A DNA stretch of 64,000 nucleotides from a virus (IMGVR_UViG_3300047557_003034:1-64000), one strand, 5' to 3'; positions 45,532 through 56,338 are shown, counted from the first letter of the stretch. Numbers and translations are program-made. The notes: a model not told the origin generated them from the sequence alone.

Positions 45532-47505
45532 ATGCCACTAATAGACTTTAAAACTGATTTAACTAGCCTCAAATACGGTCTAGATAGACCTGGTGGCGGA
45601 TCTAGTGGTCAGCCTTACGTTCAATTTCCCATTGATAATGCAGAGGCGCCAACTAACATTAGGAGGTACTACGAGTTAAACAGAACAAGTCTAGACTTTC
45701 CAATAAGAGGTGGTGCGATTGAGTCTTTAATTAACGGTAACTACTCCGCATTAGCAGCAACAGTTGATAGGAGACGAATAGAGCAGTTTTTCAAAGATGC
45801 ACCAAGAGGCACAGCATTCATACAAAAGCAGATAGGACTTGGACTAACTAATCCAAGAACACAAGTACCAAACACGTTAACTTTTGCAGGTTCCATTTTA
45901 CAAAACGCAATTCTACCTGTAACTCAAACGTATAACCCACTTAACACACTAGCACAAGTACAAGTTCAAGGTACCGGAGCTCATTTCAACAGACAGGGTG
46001 TTGCACCTACTATAACAGAATCGCTTAGACAAACCTATGAGTATCTAGCAGGTGCACCACAAAACAACACAGCTACTACTAACAGATTGCTTATACTGAA
46101 AGCACTTAAGTTAGATGCACAGAGTGGATTCAATCCTACACAGAACGATATTATAGATACTGGAGTAGATCCAATTACAATAAATCAACTGGGCATCTCA
46201 CCTATAAGCAATCAGCTATTCAACTACCCAGGAGGTCCTGGATCTGTGTATGGTATAGGAACTACTAGAATATTTAGAGTAACCAATACCGAACCAACTG
46301 AAGATCCAATAACACAAACACCCTACTCTTCCATTGCGTTTAGCTATGCACAAATAGCATCTCAAAATACTCACCTACCAACGTCTCCAACTGAAGTCAA
46401 GATCCAAAACTTTATGGGTCAGTTGGTTGATGGTAGAACACCTTTTGTTTCCTATAGCCCTTATAACATACAAATTCCATTCAACGGTATAGGTGGATTG
46501 GGTACCGGTAATCCAGGAGGTCCTCTCACCAGCGATCAAAGAAAGAGCTTTTTATTCAGTAATCCAAATGCAGTTGATGCAGTCAACGCTCTTAAACCTT
46601 ACTACTACGATTCAAATAGTGAAGATCCTTGGACAGCTGGTGGTAATAACACAAAGGACATCATTAAATTTGTATTCGAATGTTTATCAAACGACAATCC
46701 AGGTTTTGCAGTCGCATTAGTTTTTAGAGCCTTCTTTGATGGATCGATCACAGACAACAACACAGCTGAGTTCAACTCATTTAAGTATCTAGGAAGAGGT
46801 GAAACTTTTAGAACCTACCAAGGATTTGACAGATCAATTTCCTTTAGCTTCAAGTTATTTGCACAGACAAGGTCTGAGATGGCACCAATTTACACAAAAC
46901 TCAACCACCTCATGTCCCAAGTGTATCCAGATTACTCTCCTGACTCAAAGTTGATGAGAGGTTCCGTTGTTAGATTGACGATAGGTGATTATATTTATAG
47001 GATGCACGGTTTCATAGAAAATGTGAACGTTACAATAGACAATAGCACAACACCTTGGGAAATCCAACTATTTGGTCAGGAAGCTGAGAGTGATGTCGCA
47101 CAAATGCCTCACGTGGTATCAGTACAGGTGTCTTTTAGACCTATAATGGAGCAACTACCATCAAGAGTTACAAATACTAATCCAAACGTAGATTTAATAG
47201 GAAATGTAGTGGATGGAAAGTTCATAGGAGACATCGTCGATACGACAGCACCACCGGTCACAACTGCAGCCGACAGTGATCAAACTGATGTAGAGTTAGA
47301 TGATACATCAATACCAGCATCAGAACTTGAAGCAACTGGTCCGGTTAGCGATAATGCCAAAACTGATCCGCTAAAGAGGAAAGCAGCTAGACAAGCAGCA
47401 GCTAGAGCAAGAGCACAAGCACGAGCAGAAGCAAGAGAAGCAAGGAGGGAAGCACGAGCAGAGGTAAGGGAACAAGCAAGTTTCAGGAGACTTATCAACG
47501 GGTAA
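45532..47505 (+). CDS. baseplate/tube-initiator-like structural protein
   Basis: C-terminal FRAF..ITDN..FKYLGRGE.F.TYQGFDRSISFSF...VRLTIGD segment; synteny. Confidence 0.6.
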   Translation: MPLIDFKTDLTSLKYGLDRPGGGSSGQPYVQFPIDNAEAPTNIRRYYELNRTSLDFPIRGGAIESLINGNYSALAATVDRRRIEQFFKDAPRGTAFIQKQIGLGLTNPRTQVPNTLTFAGSILQNAILPVTQTYNPLNTLAQVQVQGTGAHFNRQGVAPTITESLRQTYEYLAGAPQNNTATTNRLLILKALKLDAQSGFNPTQNDIIDTGVDPITINQLGISPISNQLFNYPGGPGSVYGIGTTRIFRVTNTEPTEDPITQTPYSSIAFSYAQIASQNTHLPTSPTEVKIQNFMGQLVDGRTPFVSYSPYNIQIPFNGIGGLGTGNPGGPLTSDQRKSFLFSNPNAVDAVNALKPYYYDSNSEDPWTAGGNNTKDIIKFVFECLSNDNPGFAVALVFRAFFDGSITDNNTAEFNSFKYLGRGETFRTYQGFDRSISFSFKLFAQTRSEMAPIYTKLNHLMSQVYPDYSPDSKLMRGSVVRLTIGDYIYRMHGFIENVNVTIDNSTTPWEIQLFGQEAESDVAQMPHVVSVQVSFRPIMEQLPSRVTNTNPNVDLIGNVVDGKFIGDIVDTTAPPVTTAADSDQTDVELDDTSIPASELEATGPVSDNAKTDPLKRKAARQAAARARAQARAEAREARREARAEVREQASFRRLING

Positions 47506-47514
47506 ACAATAAAC

Positions 47515-47820
47515 ATGGCATCTAGATATCAAAACATACCAATAGTAAAGTTAGATGGAAGTGGAAGTTTGTACTACCGAAACAACGTCTATCCAACAAT
47601 AGCACCTACAAACAGTGACTACTACGTAATCACAACAGCTGGTGATAGATTAGATCTACTGGCTTATGATTTTTATCAAGATAGTAGTTTATGGTGGGTT
47701 ATAGCATCAGCAAATGCCTTACCAGGAGATTCTATTTATCCACCTATAGGAGTTCAGTTAAGAATACCAACAGACTTGGGAGTAATACTAAGTTCGTATA
47801 ACATACAAAACAATGGCTGA
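47515..47820 (+). CDS. baseplate wedge LysM-like protein (gp53/tail X-like)
   Basis: GDRLDLLAYDFYQDSSLWWVIASAN...GVQLRIP. Confidence 0.8.
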   Translation: MASRYQNIPIVKLDGSGSLYYRNNVYPTIAPTNSDYYVITTAGDRLDLLAYDFYQDSSLWWVIASANALPGDSIYPPIGVQLRIPTDLGVILSSYNIQNNG

Positions 47821-50800
47821 TAAGTTATCAAATGTAATTGGTGCACCTTTTGAACAGTACGTTTTGGAACAGCTATATGTTAGAGCTGCTAGGAACAGTA
47901 CATCTAAGAGAAGCACAGAGGAAGTTCTGTTTTTAGCCAACAAGACAGCGTGGGTTAGAATGATATCATCAGTCAACATCGCAGCTGGCAGCAATTCAGA
48001 TACAGAACCCTTAACTAAGTTTTATGAAAAACTAGAATTAGGTGACACTTATACAACACCTGATGCACTTGCAAGAAACTGGATATTAGAAGCCGGAACA
48101 TCTAAAAATGCAGGACAAGGTAGTCAACTAAGATACGGTGTTAGTGACGATGGATCGTATGGATTAGGTGGTACTGAAGAATTAGGTTATAGACCAATGC
48201 CAGGACTTGATTCTGTTCAAATTGAAACAGCGGGCAGGTTAGGATCACTTAGGATAGCTACTGTGAGATTTAAGGTGTGGAACATGAATCAACTCAATGT
48301 AGTTGAAGCTCTATACTTTAGGCTAGGATACTCCATGTTGCTAGAATGGGGACACACGCAGTATTTTGCAAATCCAAAACTGAAGAGCACTACCAACGGT
48401 ACTTTTACAATTACAACAAACACATACGGTATAGATAATCCCTTCAGTACAAGTCTCAACAAAACACTAATACAGCAGAACATCAAGAAGAAGTCAAAGG
48501 AAATGAGTGGCAACTATGATGGAATGCTTGGGATTGTTTCAAATTTTACATGGGCATTTAATCAAGAGGGAGGCTATGACTGCACAGTCAAGTTAATTGG
48601 ACTAGGCGCAATTATAGACACTATGAGGATAAACCAATCCTACAAAATGCCTCCAGGGATAGTTAAGGCTTTTAAAAAAGCATCGCAGGCAATTCAGGAT
48701 GAGATAGAAAGGAGAAAAGCAGAAGAAGCAAAAGCTGCAGCAGATAGGCTTGCAAAGGAAGAAGCTGAGAAAAAAAGAAAAGCAGACGCAGCAGCAGCAG
48801 CTGCTGCAGCACGATTTCCGGTAATTAAGAACTTCGACGAATTGTATCAATACGCTGTTGATCTAGGTGGGTTTGTAGGTTCAAAAGATAATTTTACAGA
48901 AGAAGTATCCTACTACCCAACATACTTCCCAGAAAACCAGACTATCGCAACCTTCCCAGATTACTTTTTTGTTGCAGGGGGAGTGGCGGATGCTGATCTC
49001 TACAATAAAGAGGTATTTGGGTTATTTCTTCAAAAAGATGGTGCAGCTTGGGTACCGTTACATCAAAACACTGCTCTAGAGTATGGAGGAGCTTATTTTA
49101 CAATTAATCAACTCTTGTTAGCAAAAGCAATTGAAAGTATTATAGAAGAAACAAATCTTCTTCGGGATTCTGACAAAGAGGTGTATAGAAAATCAACTTA
49201 TAAAACTCCTATTGCAAGATACGTTGAAGCTGCTTTACCGCTAGCTACTGCAAAAAATTTTGGAGCAGTACAAGGAGCTGGATTAAGTCCCGTTTTTGTT
49301 TTCTATTCTGGAAATGTTACCGAGAAGCGTGCCGAAAAGGATTTTGAAATTAGATTCACTGTAAGGTATAATGACGAAGGCTATCAACCAACTGTCAAAC
49401 AATTTCTAAATGCAGTGGATGATTGGCTAAGCACCTCTACTCCAAATTCAAAACCTGGGCAACTTTACTTAACTAATTTTGAAGTTGAACGTGAATACGC
49501 CCGTCCCTGGTATCTTGAAGACTTGTTTGTAACAGGTATATCACCTAAATTTACAATACCAAACGTTCCGTATACTGGACCTAGCAAGGACAAAGCAAAA
49601 ACAAAACCATTATCCGATGTGCAGGTCTGGTTTGAAATGAGATTCGATAATACAGGGTTGATAGATGAAGTGGGAAAAGGAACTGCAACTCAACCAGCTC
49701 CACCCACAACTACTCAACCAGCTAACGATGGTAATACGACAGCAGCTCAGAATCAAGCAACACCTGTGCAGACAGAAGCAGCTGAAGGCTACGAATCAGC
49801 CTTGCATGTTATGTTATCTTATGTAAAGACTGTATCGATATCTAAAGCATTGGATACCCGTTACAGACAAGTACCGGTTATTCCAGTTGATATATTAGAT
49901 GCCACTAAAACTTTCTATCAGGATGGCATTTTCAAAAACGTTTTGACAACTGCAACTGGAAGTGTAAATAGTGCTACTGGAGTTCCTTTTGATCTTACTA
50001 AATACGCTCAAAAAGGATTTAATAGCTACTTGCTAGCTGATGGTTTATCTACACCATCACTATACGACCAAGTTCCGTTTGTAGATTTCAAAGCATTATC
50101 CAAAGCGTATCTAGTACAGTACCAAATAAGCGGCCAAACAACGGATGAGATAAGTTTTCCGGTGTACATTACACTTGGATACTTAATGGCATTCCTTAAC
50201 AATATGTGTTTGATTTACGATTCAAAACAAGAAGCCGGATCAAACAAAACACCAAGCGGAGATGACAAAACACCATACGTATTCTTGGACTTTAATCCAG
50301 AAACCAACTACTGTTTGACATCACCTCAACATTTATCCATAGATCCGACTATTTGTTTAATTCCGTTTAATTCAAGTGACCAACAATATCGAGACATATT
50401 TCCCGACAATGTTGTGAGTAGTATAACTGGAATCTATAAACCCCAATCCCAAGATTTCCTATCAGGTCAGATTCCAGCATTTAAAACACAAAATCCTTAC
50501 CAAGGTAGAACAATGAATATTCTACTGAACGTAGATTATCTCATGAATCTAGCTCATACCTACGCTCTTGAAGATCCTGACCACTCTGTTAACTTAAAAA
50601 GATTTTTAGAGCAGATCGTTGTAGATGTAAACAAGAGTCTTGGAAATATCAACCTCTTCAGTATTGCCTACAGAGACGATTCAAATACCTTGCAAATTAA
50701 AGATGATCAATTCGTACCACCAAAAGATGGTGAAAGTACAGCAATTAGTAGAATCCAACAAGGAGGAGGTGGGTATGGTAACTTACCAATCTTCGGTTTG

Positions 50801-51967
50801 CAGAGTCTTGTTAGAGAGTTTCAATTCAAGACAAACCTATCAACAAAGTTGAGCAGCATGATAGCTATATCAGCTCAAGCAGCAACCGGATCTGTAAACT
50901 CCATAGACGGTTCATCTATGAGTTACTTAAATCGAAATTATGTAGATAGGTTTAAACCTTTTATAACAGATGCATCTGCAAACCCTGCTGGAACTGGTGC
51001 AGCAACTAAGACTACGACTGCTGCAGCAGGTAAGCTTCCTAATAATGATGTTACAGTAGCAGAGCATTTTAACACAATGGTTAAAAATGTCTACTCAAAC
51101 TTCACTTTAGATGTAGCTAGGATAGAAACAGCTAAGAACTACTACATAGAGCGTTTGAGCAAAGTAAAATCAGAAGATCCAATTACATCAGCAGCCATAC
51201 CAATACCAGCTGATCTCGATATGACTATTGATGGTATTGCAGGAATTGTAATGGGGAATGCTTTTACGATACCAGAAAGTAGGTTACCGCTATCATTGAG
51301 AGGAGAGAACGGAGTTCCAAAAGTTGGATTCATTGTAGCAGGTCTAGTACACATAATTGAAAACAACGAATGGCTGACCAGGATCAAAGGTCAGATGATC
51401 AAACTACGCGAGACTGCTAAGTACGGAACTGTGACAGCACCGCAAACAGCCTCAGCACCACCAGCTAATTGTAAAACTAGCTACCCAGAGCTTAAGCTTA
51501 TTGATGCTGTTCAGTTAGAAATCTACCCTAAACAGAATGCAATAAATTACCTAAAAGCTAATTATCCTAGTGTTGGAAAATCTGTATATGCAATAATGAC
51601 AGCAGAAGCAAGAACTATAGGAAAGGATAAGTTTAGATCTGCTGGTGGTAATAACTTTGGTGGTGTACAAACAGATGGTGGAAGGTGGGGATTTGGTACT
51701 TTTGTTGGACAGTTTTGTAGACCGGATGTATCAGGTAATCTTAGAATGTTTGCAGCTTTTAGCAGTCCTGAAGCTTTTATGGACTTTGTTGCTAATAGAG
51801 CATTGAGTAAAGGTTTTGCAGGTGTGGATGGTGAAAAGTGGGTAGAGTTGTATGTGAATAAGTGGGTATTCCGTCCTGATAGAAAAGACATTGTAAAAGG
51901 AACAGCTACCTTTAATAATATTTTAACAATTTTTAATGATGCTTCAAAACAATACGATCGTACGTAA
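47813..51967 (+). CDS. large baseplate hub protein with putative C-terminal lysozyme-superfamily domain
   Basis: RPMPG, LYFRLGYSMLLEWG, NYDGMLG and IDGIAGI..GNAF motifs; C-terminal AE...NNFGGVQTD...FAAFSS. Confidence 0.6.
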   Translation: MADKLSNVIGAPFEQYVLEQLYVRAARNSTSKRSTEEVLFLANKTAWVRMISSVNIAAGSNSDTEPLTKFYEKLELGDTYTTPDALARNWILEAGTSKNAGQGSQLRYGVSDDGSYGLGGTEELGYRPMPGLDSVQIETAGRLGSLRIATVRFKVWNMNQLNVVEALYFRLGYSMLLEWGHTQYFANPKLKSTTNGTFTITTNTYGIDNPFSTSLNKTLIQQNIKKKSKEMSGNYDGMLGIVSNFTWAFNQEGGYDCTVKLIGLGAIIDTMRINQSYKMPPGIVKAFKKASQAIQDEIERRKAEEAKAAADRLAKEEAEKKRKADAAAAAAAARFPVIKNFDELYQYAVDLGGFVGSKDNFTEEVSYYPTYFPENQTIATFPDYFFVAGGVADADLYNKEVFGLFLQKDGAAWVPLHQNTALEYGGAYFTINQLLLAKAIESIIEETNLLRDSDKEVYRKSTYKTPIARYVEAALPLATAKNFGAVQGAGLSPVFVFYSGNVTEKRAEKDFEIRFTVRYNDEGYQPTVKQFLNAVDDWLSTSTPNSKPGQLYLTNFEVEREYARPWYLEDLFVTGISPKFTIPNVPYTGPSKDKAKTKPLSDVQVWFEMRFDNTGLIDEVGKGTATQPAPPTTTQPANDGNTTAAQNQATPVQTEAAEGYESALHVMLSYVKTVSISKALDTRYRQVPVIPVDILDATKTFYQDGIFKNVLTTATGSVNSATGVPFDLTKYAQKGFNSYLLADGLSTPSLYDQVPFVDFKALSKAYLVQYQISGQTTDEISFPVYITLGYLMAFLNNMCLIYDSKQEAGSNKTPSGDDKTPYVFLDFNPETNYCLTSPQHLSIDPTICLIPFNSSDQQYRDIFPDNVVSSITGIYKPQSQDFLSGQIPAFKTQNPYQGRTMNILLNVDYLMNLAHTYALEDPDHSVNLKRFLEQIVVDVNKSLGNINLFSIAYRDDSNTLQIKDDQFVPPKDGESTAISRIQQGGGGYGNLPIFGLQSLVREFQFKTNLSTKLSSMIAISAQAATGSVNSIDGSSMSYLNRNYVDRFKPFITDASANPAGTGAATKTTTAAAGKLPNNDVTVAEHFNTMVKNVYSNFTLDVARIETAKNYYIERLSKVKSEDPITSAAIPIPADLDMTIDGIAGIVMGNAFTIPESRLPLSLRGENGVPKVGFIVAGLVHIIENNEWLTRIKGQMIKLRETAKYGTVTAPQTASAPPANCKTSYPELKLIDAVQLEIYPKQNAINYLKANYPSVGKSVYAIMTAEARTIGKDKFRSAGGNNFGGVQTDGGRWGFGTFVGQFCRPDVSGNLRMFAAFSSPEAFMDFVANRALSKGFAGVDGEKWVELYVNKWVFRPDRKDIVKGTATFNNILTIFNDASKQYDRT

Positions 51968-52602
51968 TGATTAAGTATTATCCACTGAACAGAATTAAAA
52001 TGAATCTCTACACAGGTGGTGGTCAGTTTAAACTACCTAATGGAAAAGAGTATGTAGGGAGATACTACTTGACTTACAATAACAAAGCCTTTGCAGGAGC
52101 AAATCCATACATAGGCACCAATCAATCGTTAGAAAGAATACCACCAAGACCTGCACCACTTGCAGACGGACCAGCACCGTCATCAGACTACACAAGAGCA
52201 TCTAGTCAGGGTATTGTTAGAAGAGCAGGACCTGCTGAAACAGAATTACAAGAACTTAAACCATACTATCCAACACCACTAGAATCTGATTACCAAAAAG
52301 GTTATTTTACTCGATACTTTGCGAAGTACGTATCAGGTCCTGGTTACATAATTGAGATTTCTGAAAACGACTTCTCAAATATAGACAACGGATTAACTCA
52401 AACAAACATGCTTGCTTATGAGGTTGAGTCGATGTTGTGGCAGTTAACAGGACCTTTAAAGGACACGAGAATTTCACAGTATCAGATTAAAGGAGGTGTT
52501 GAGACAACTAACCGAAGAGTCACAGAAGCAAAAGAAAAAACTTTCAAAGGAATTATCGCATACATAGGGGGAGACTATACTAAATTTGCACGTATTGTAT
52601 AA
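51967..52602 (+). CDS. hypothetical structural/baseplate-region protein
   Basis: NLYTGG, YVGRYY, DYQKGYFTRYF and LWQLTGP; last gene of the morphogenesis block. Confidence 0.55.
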   Translation: MIKYYPLNRIKMNLYTGGGQFKLPNGKEYVGRYYLTYNNKAFAGANPYIGTNQSLERIPPRPAPLADGPAPSSDYTRASSQGIVRRAGPAETELQELKPYYPTPLESDYQKGYFTRYFAKYVSGPGYIIEISENDFSNIDNGLTQTNMLAYEVESMLWQLTGPLKDTRISQYQIKGGVETTNRRVTEAKEKTFKGIIAYIGGDYTKFARIV

Positions 52603-52608
52603 TCAAGG

Positions 52609-52639
52609 TTTGTTGATGTAGAAATACTCGGTAACTTGC
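52609..52639 (+). promoter_or_regulatory. host-type promoter TTTG-N19-TAACTTGC
   Basis: Resembles the Bacteroidota -33/-7 consensus; begins the replication block. Confidence 0.55.
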
Positions 52640-52658
52640 CGCAAAGGTTATAAAGGTT

Positions 52659-53960
52659 ATGTTTTATATCGTCGAAACACAATGGCAGCTACAAAATTTA
52701 CCACAAACTGATGAATGCTTTATAGAGCTTATAGCACAGTGTGACGACTACCATCCCAACCTAACAAACCCAAGCTTAGTTTACTATAACGATTTCAGTA
52801 AAGGATACATTATCCCTATCACACATTCAGAAGGATTTAGCATTGACCTCGGAAGTGTTTATAAGTTTTTATCTCGAAAAGCTAAAGTATATGTATTGGA
52901 TGCTAAATGGCATTCTTACTTTCTAGCCTCTCATAACCTAGTGGATGTCTATACAACTGTGTTGGATGAAACAAACAAGCTAGAAGAGGATGACTGCAAT
53001 ACACGGTTACACAACGACTACAATAACAAGTTTAAGTACGAATCAAACAGAAACACGTTAATACCTATTTCTAAGCATTATGAACGCTGTCAATGCTTAT
53101 ATGATAGTATCAAGCCTTTTATAGGATTGGAGGAAAATTTGCCGTGGAAAAACGATTATTACGAGGCTTATAAATGGGTTGAAAGGAGAGGTATCAAAAT
53201 AGATGAGAAAATCTTCGATAAATACTTTGAACCTGTATGGAAAGCTAGGTCAGTTAAGAATGGACTTATTTACACATCGTACAACCTCTACAATGTAACT
53301 GGTAGACCAACCAATGCATTTAATGGTATAAACTTTCTTGCTTTCAACAAAGACAATAATTCAAGAGCTGCTTTTGTACCGTATGGAGATTTCTTTGTTG
53401 AGTTTGATTTTGATGCCTACCATCTAAGATTGTTGGGTAATCATTTAGGAGTTGAGCTACCACAAGATGAATCAATACACAAGATATTAGGATGCCACTA
53501 TTTCGGAGTTGATGAACTCACCGAAGAACAGTACAAGGAATCTAAAAAGATCACTTTTAGACAACTATACAATGGGGTTGAGGAAGCATATAGAGAAATA
53601 GAGCTTTTCAAACGCATATCACAATTTGTATTGGAACTTGATGATCATTACACAAAGCACGGTTACATAATACTACCAAACGGAAGAAAACTCCTGAAAG
53701 GTGATTACAATCCGCAGAAGCTACTAAACTACTATGTACAATGCTTAGAAACAGTTAATAATGTCCAAAAACTACTAAGACTGAGGGATTATCTATCAAA
53801 CAAACTCAGTGGTGTGGTTTTGGTTGTTTACGATTCTATTTTAATTGATTTTCATAAACAAGACGGCATAGAAACAATAAAAGGCATACTGGCTATTCTA
53901 CAAGAAGGTGGATACACAGTCAAGGTCCAAAAAGGTACTAACTACAACTTTTACAACTAA
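52659..53960 (+). CDS. compact family-A DNA polymerase-like protein
   Basis: TGRP, motif A EFDFDAYHLRL, motif B SKKITFRQLY and motif C VVYDSILID. Confidence 0.78.
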   Translation: MFYIVETQWQLQNLPQTDECFIELIAQCDDYHPNLTNPSLVYYNDFSKGYIIPITHSEGFSIDLGSVYKFLSRKAKVYVLDAKWHSYFLASHNLVDVYTTVLDETNKLEEDDCNTRLHNDYNNKFKYESNRNTLIPISKHYERCQCLYDSIKPFIGLEENLPWKNDYYEAYKWVERRGIKIDEKIFDKYFEPVWKARSVKNGLIYTSYNLYNVTGRPTNAFNGINFLAFNKDNNSRAAFVPYGDFFVEFDFDAYHLRLLGNHLGVELPQDESIHKILGCHYFGVDELTEEQYKESKKITFRQLYNGVEEAYREIELFKRISQFVLELDDHYTKHGYIILPNGRKLLKGDYNPQKLLNYYVQCLETVNNVQKLLRLRDYLSNKLSGVVLVVYDSILIDFHKQDGIETIKGILAILQEGGYTVKVQKGTNYNFYN

Positions 53961-53975
53961 TTAAGACTATTTATA

Positions 53976-54395
53976 ATGGAATATGTAGAACTAACCCAGG
54001 AGCAGTTGAAGAATAAATTATTTTGTACTTTTTCACCGAAATCAAAAATTACTGAAACTTTAGATACGATCAAAAGTGAGTACACTATTATGTACGATAA
54101 GATCTTCGTGTTGGAGTCGGTTGATTCTGAGGAGTATCTTTGTACATATAATATCCTGGTGCAGAATGGTACAGCAAGAATCCTCCCAAACACAATACTG
54201 CTACACAGAAAAAAAGAGTCCAACACTCTTTACACAATCAACAGCCTCAATCTACTTATCAAGTCTTTAAATGAAGGTATTTTAGATACATCCTACAGAA
54301 TCGATTGGTTCAATTACAGAAACACAGTGCTATTGACACAAGGGGAGGAACTAAAGAAGCTCTCCACCAAGATTCACAAAATAGTAACAGTGTGA
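53976..54395 (+). CDS. hypothetical protein
   Basis: Clean ORF (KLFCTF, HRKKESNTLYTINSLN); CTATTTATA abuts the ATG. Confidence 0.7.
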   Translation: MEYVELTQEQLKNKLFCTFSPKSKITETLDTIKSEYTIMYDKIFVLESVDSEEYLCTYNILVQNGTARILPNTILLHRKKESNTLYTINSLNLLIKSLNEGILDTSYRIDWFNYRNTVLLTQGEELKKLSTKIHKIVTV

Positions 54396-54396
54396 G

Positions 54397-54427
54397 TTGC
54401 TAGATCGGTGTAACCTGCCTACCTTTA
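54397..54427 (+). promoter_or_regulatory. host-type promoter TTG-N20-TACCTTTA
   Basis: Same geometry as 52609; precedes the SSB gene. Confidence 0.5.
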
Positions 54428-54455
54428 TTTCCTCGAAAAACTAAATCTCAATTAT

Positions 54456-55262
54456 ATGGCTATGGATCTAAGTATGATCAAGAACAAGCTATCCTCTCTG
54501 CAGAATCAGCGTCAGGGGGGTGGACAGAAAAGGGATATGTCACTTATCCTGTGGAAACCTGGTATAGGTAAGCACAGTGTACGTATTGTCCCATCTATGT
54601 ACGATAAGACAAATCCGTTTAAGGAAGTTTTCGTACACTACGGTATTGGAAACCGCACAATGATTTCTCTTGCTAACTTTGGCGAGAAAGATCCTATTGT
54701 AGAGTTTGCAAAATCACTTCGCACAACAAGCGACAAAGAAAACTGGTCACTTGCTAAGAAACTCGAACCAAAGATGAGAGTCTTTGCTCCTGTTATTGTT
54801 CGTGGTGAAGAAGAAAAAGGTGTTCGTTTGTGGGAGTTTGGAAAGCAAGTCTACCAAGAACTCCTCAGCATTGCAGATGACCCAGATGTAGGTGATTACA
54901 CCGACCCAGTAGAAGGTCGTGATATCACAATTGAAACAACTGGTCCTGAGACAAACGGTACAAGTTTCAATCAATCTAAAGTACGTGTTCGTACTAAGGT
55001 TACTCCTCTTTCTGACAGTGCTGAAGAAGTAGAGAAGTGGCTCAACAATCAACCTGAAGCACTTGGAGTTTTCAAGAAGTATTCCTATGATGAGATGAAA
55101 GAATCTCTACTCAGTTGGTTGAACCCAGAAGATCAAGCTGAAGAACCAGCTCCTGCAGCACCAATAGCAGAAGCACCAGCTCCACAGTCCTTTGCACTTA
55201 ACACTCCTGCAAAGAAGACTATCGATGATGAGTTTGATGAGTTGTTTAACATCAAGAAATAA
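54456..55262 (+). CDS. single-stranded DNA-binding protein (gp32-like)
   Basis: VRIVP, HY, DPIVE, VRLWEFGKQVY and DYTDPVEGRD motifs; acidic C-terminal tail IDDEFDELF. Confidence 0.82.
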   Translation: MAMDLSMIKNKLSSLQNQRQGGGQKRDMSLILWKPGIGKHSVRIVPSMYDKTNPFKEVFVHYGIGNRTMISLANFGEKDPIVEFAKSLRTTSDKENWSLAKKLEPKMRVFAPVIVRGEEEKGVRLWEFGKQVYQELLSIADDPDVGDYTDPVEGRDITIETTGPETNGTSFNQSKVRVRTKVTPLSDSAEEVEKWLNNQPEALGVFKKYSYDEMKESLLSWLNPEDQAEEPAPAAPIAEAPAPQSFALNTPAKKTIDDEFDELFNIKK

Positions 55263-55264
55263 TT

Positions 55265-56332
55265 ATGGCAAAAGCACTTAACCAAAGTGTTGGAGATGCA
55301 TTGAAAGGTTCCTTTGATTTAGATAAGTTTATCAAGTCGAAGAACCTCTCAAGCACTTCAATCAAAATGAAGGAGCAAAAATGGATACCACTATCACAAG
55401 CATTTCAGAACTGTCTTTCAATCCCAGGGATTCCCATTGGACATATAACCCTTTTACGGGGTCATTCGGATACTGGAAAGACGACAGCATTGCTGGAAGC
55501 AGCAGTGAGTTGCCAGAAGATGGGAATCCTACCAGTTTTCATCATAACAGAGATGAAATGGAACTGGGATCACGCAAAGCAGATGGGTCTACAATTTGAG
55601 GGAGTTCCTAATGAAGATGGTGAAATAGCTGACTACAAAGGTTTCTTTATCTACGTAGACCGAGAAAAGTTGAACACTATTGAAGATGTAGCAGCCTTTA
55701 TTGCTGACTTACTAGATGAGCAAAAGAATGGTAGGTTACCTTACGATCTATGTTTCTTCTGGGATAGTGTTGGATCAATTCCGTGTCGTCTTAGTGTTGA
55801 ATCTAACAAGAACAACAACGAATGGAATGCTGGTGCAATGTCTCAGCAGTTTGGAAACTTCATTAACCAAAAGATCGTACTCTCTCGCAAGCAATCACAA
55901 CCCTACACCAATACAATGGTTGCTGTGAATAAGATCTGGGTTGCTAAAGCTGAAACTATTATGTCACAACCTAAGATGAAGAATAAAGGAGGTGACACAA
56001 TGTACTTCGATTCAAGTCTCATAATTACATTTGGTAACGTAACAAACTCAGGTACCAATAAGATTAAGGCAACTAAGAATAGCAAGGAAGTTGAGTTTGC
56101 AAAAAGAACCAAGATCAGCTGTGATAAGAACCATGTAAACGATGTTACATCTACTAGCAAGGTTATTATGACTGCTCATGGTTTTATTGATGACACCAAA
56201 GCTGCGATTGACAACTACAAAAAAGCACATTCCAACGAATGGTTGAAAACACTAGGAAGTGCTGATTTTGAGGTAGTTGTAGAATCTGATGAAGATAACA
56301 GAGATATCTTTGACGCAACTGACTCAGAATAG
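55265..56332 (+). CDS. RecA/UvsX-like recombinase
   Basis: PGIPIGHI, Walker A GHSDTGKT, FFWDSVGS and KGG motifs; next to the SSB. Confidence 0.85.
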   Translation: MAKALNQSVGDALKGSFDLDKFIKSKNLSSTSIKMKEQKWIPLSQAFQNCLSIPGIPIGHITLLRGHSDTGKTTALLEAAVSCQKMGILPVFIITEMKWNWDHAKQMGLQFEGVPNEDGEIADYKGFFIYVDREKLNTIEDVAAFIADLLDEQKNGRLPYDLCFFWDSVGSIPCRLSVESNKNNNEWNAGAMSQQFGNFINQKIVLSRKQSQPYTNTMVAVNKIWVAKAETIMSQPKMKNKGGDTMYFDSSLIITFGNVTNSGTNKIKATKNSKEVEFAKRTKISCDKNHVNDVTSTSKVIMTAHGFIDDTKAAIDNYKKAHSNEWLKTLGSADFEVVVESDEDNRDIFDATDSE

Positions 56333-56338
56333 TAGTAT
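56310..56338 (+). promoter_or_regulatory. sigma70-like promoter TTGACG-N17-TAGTAT for denV
   Basis: Canonical spacing; overlaps the recombinase 3' end. Confidence 0.45.
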
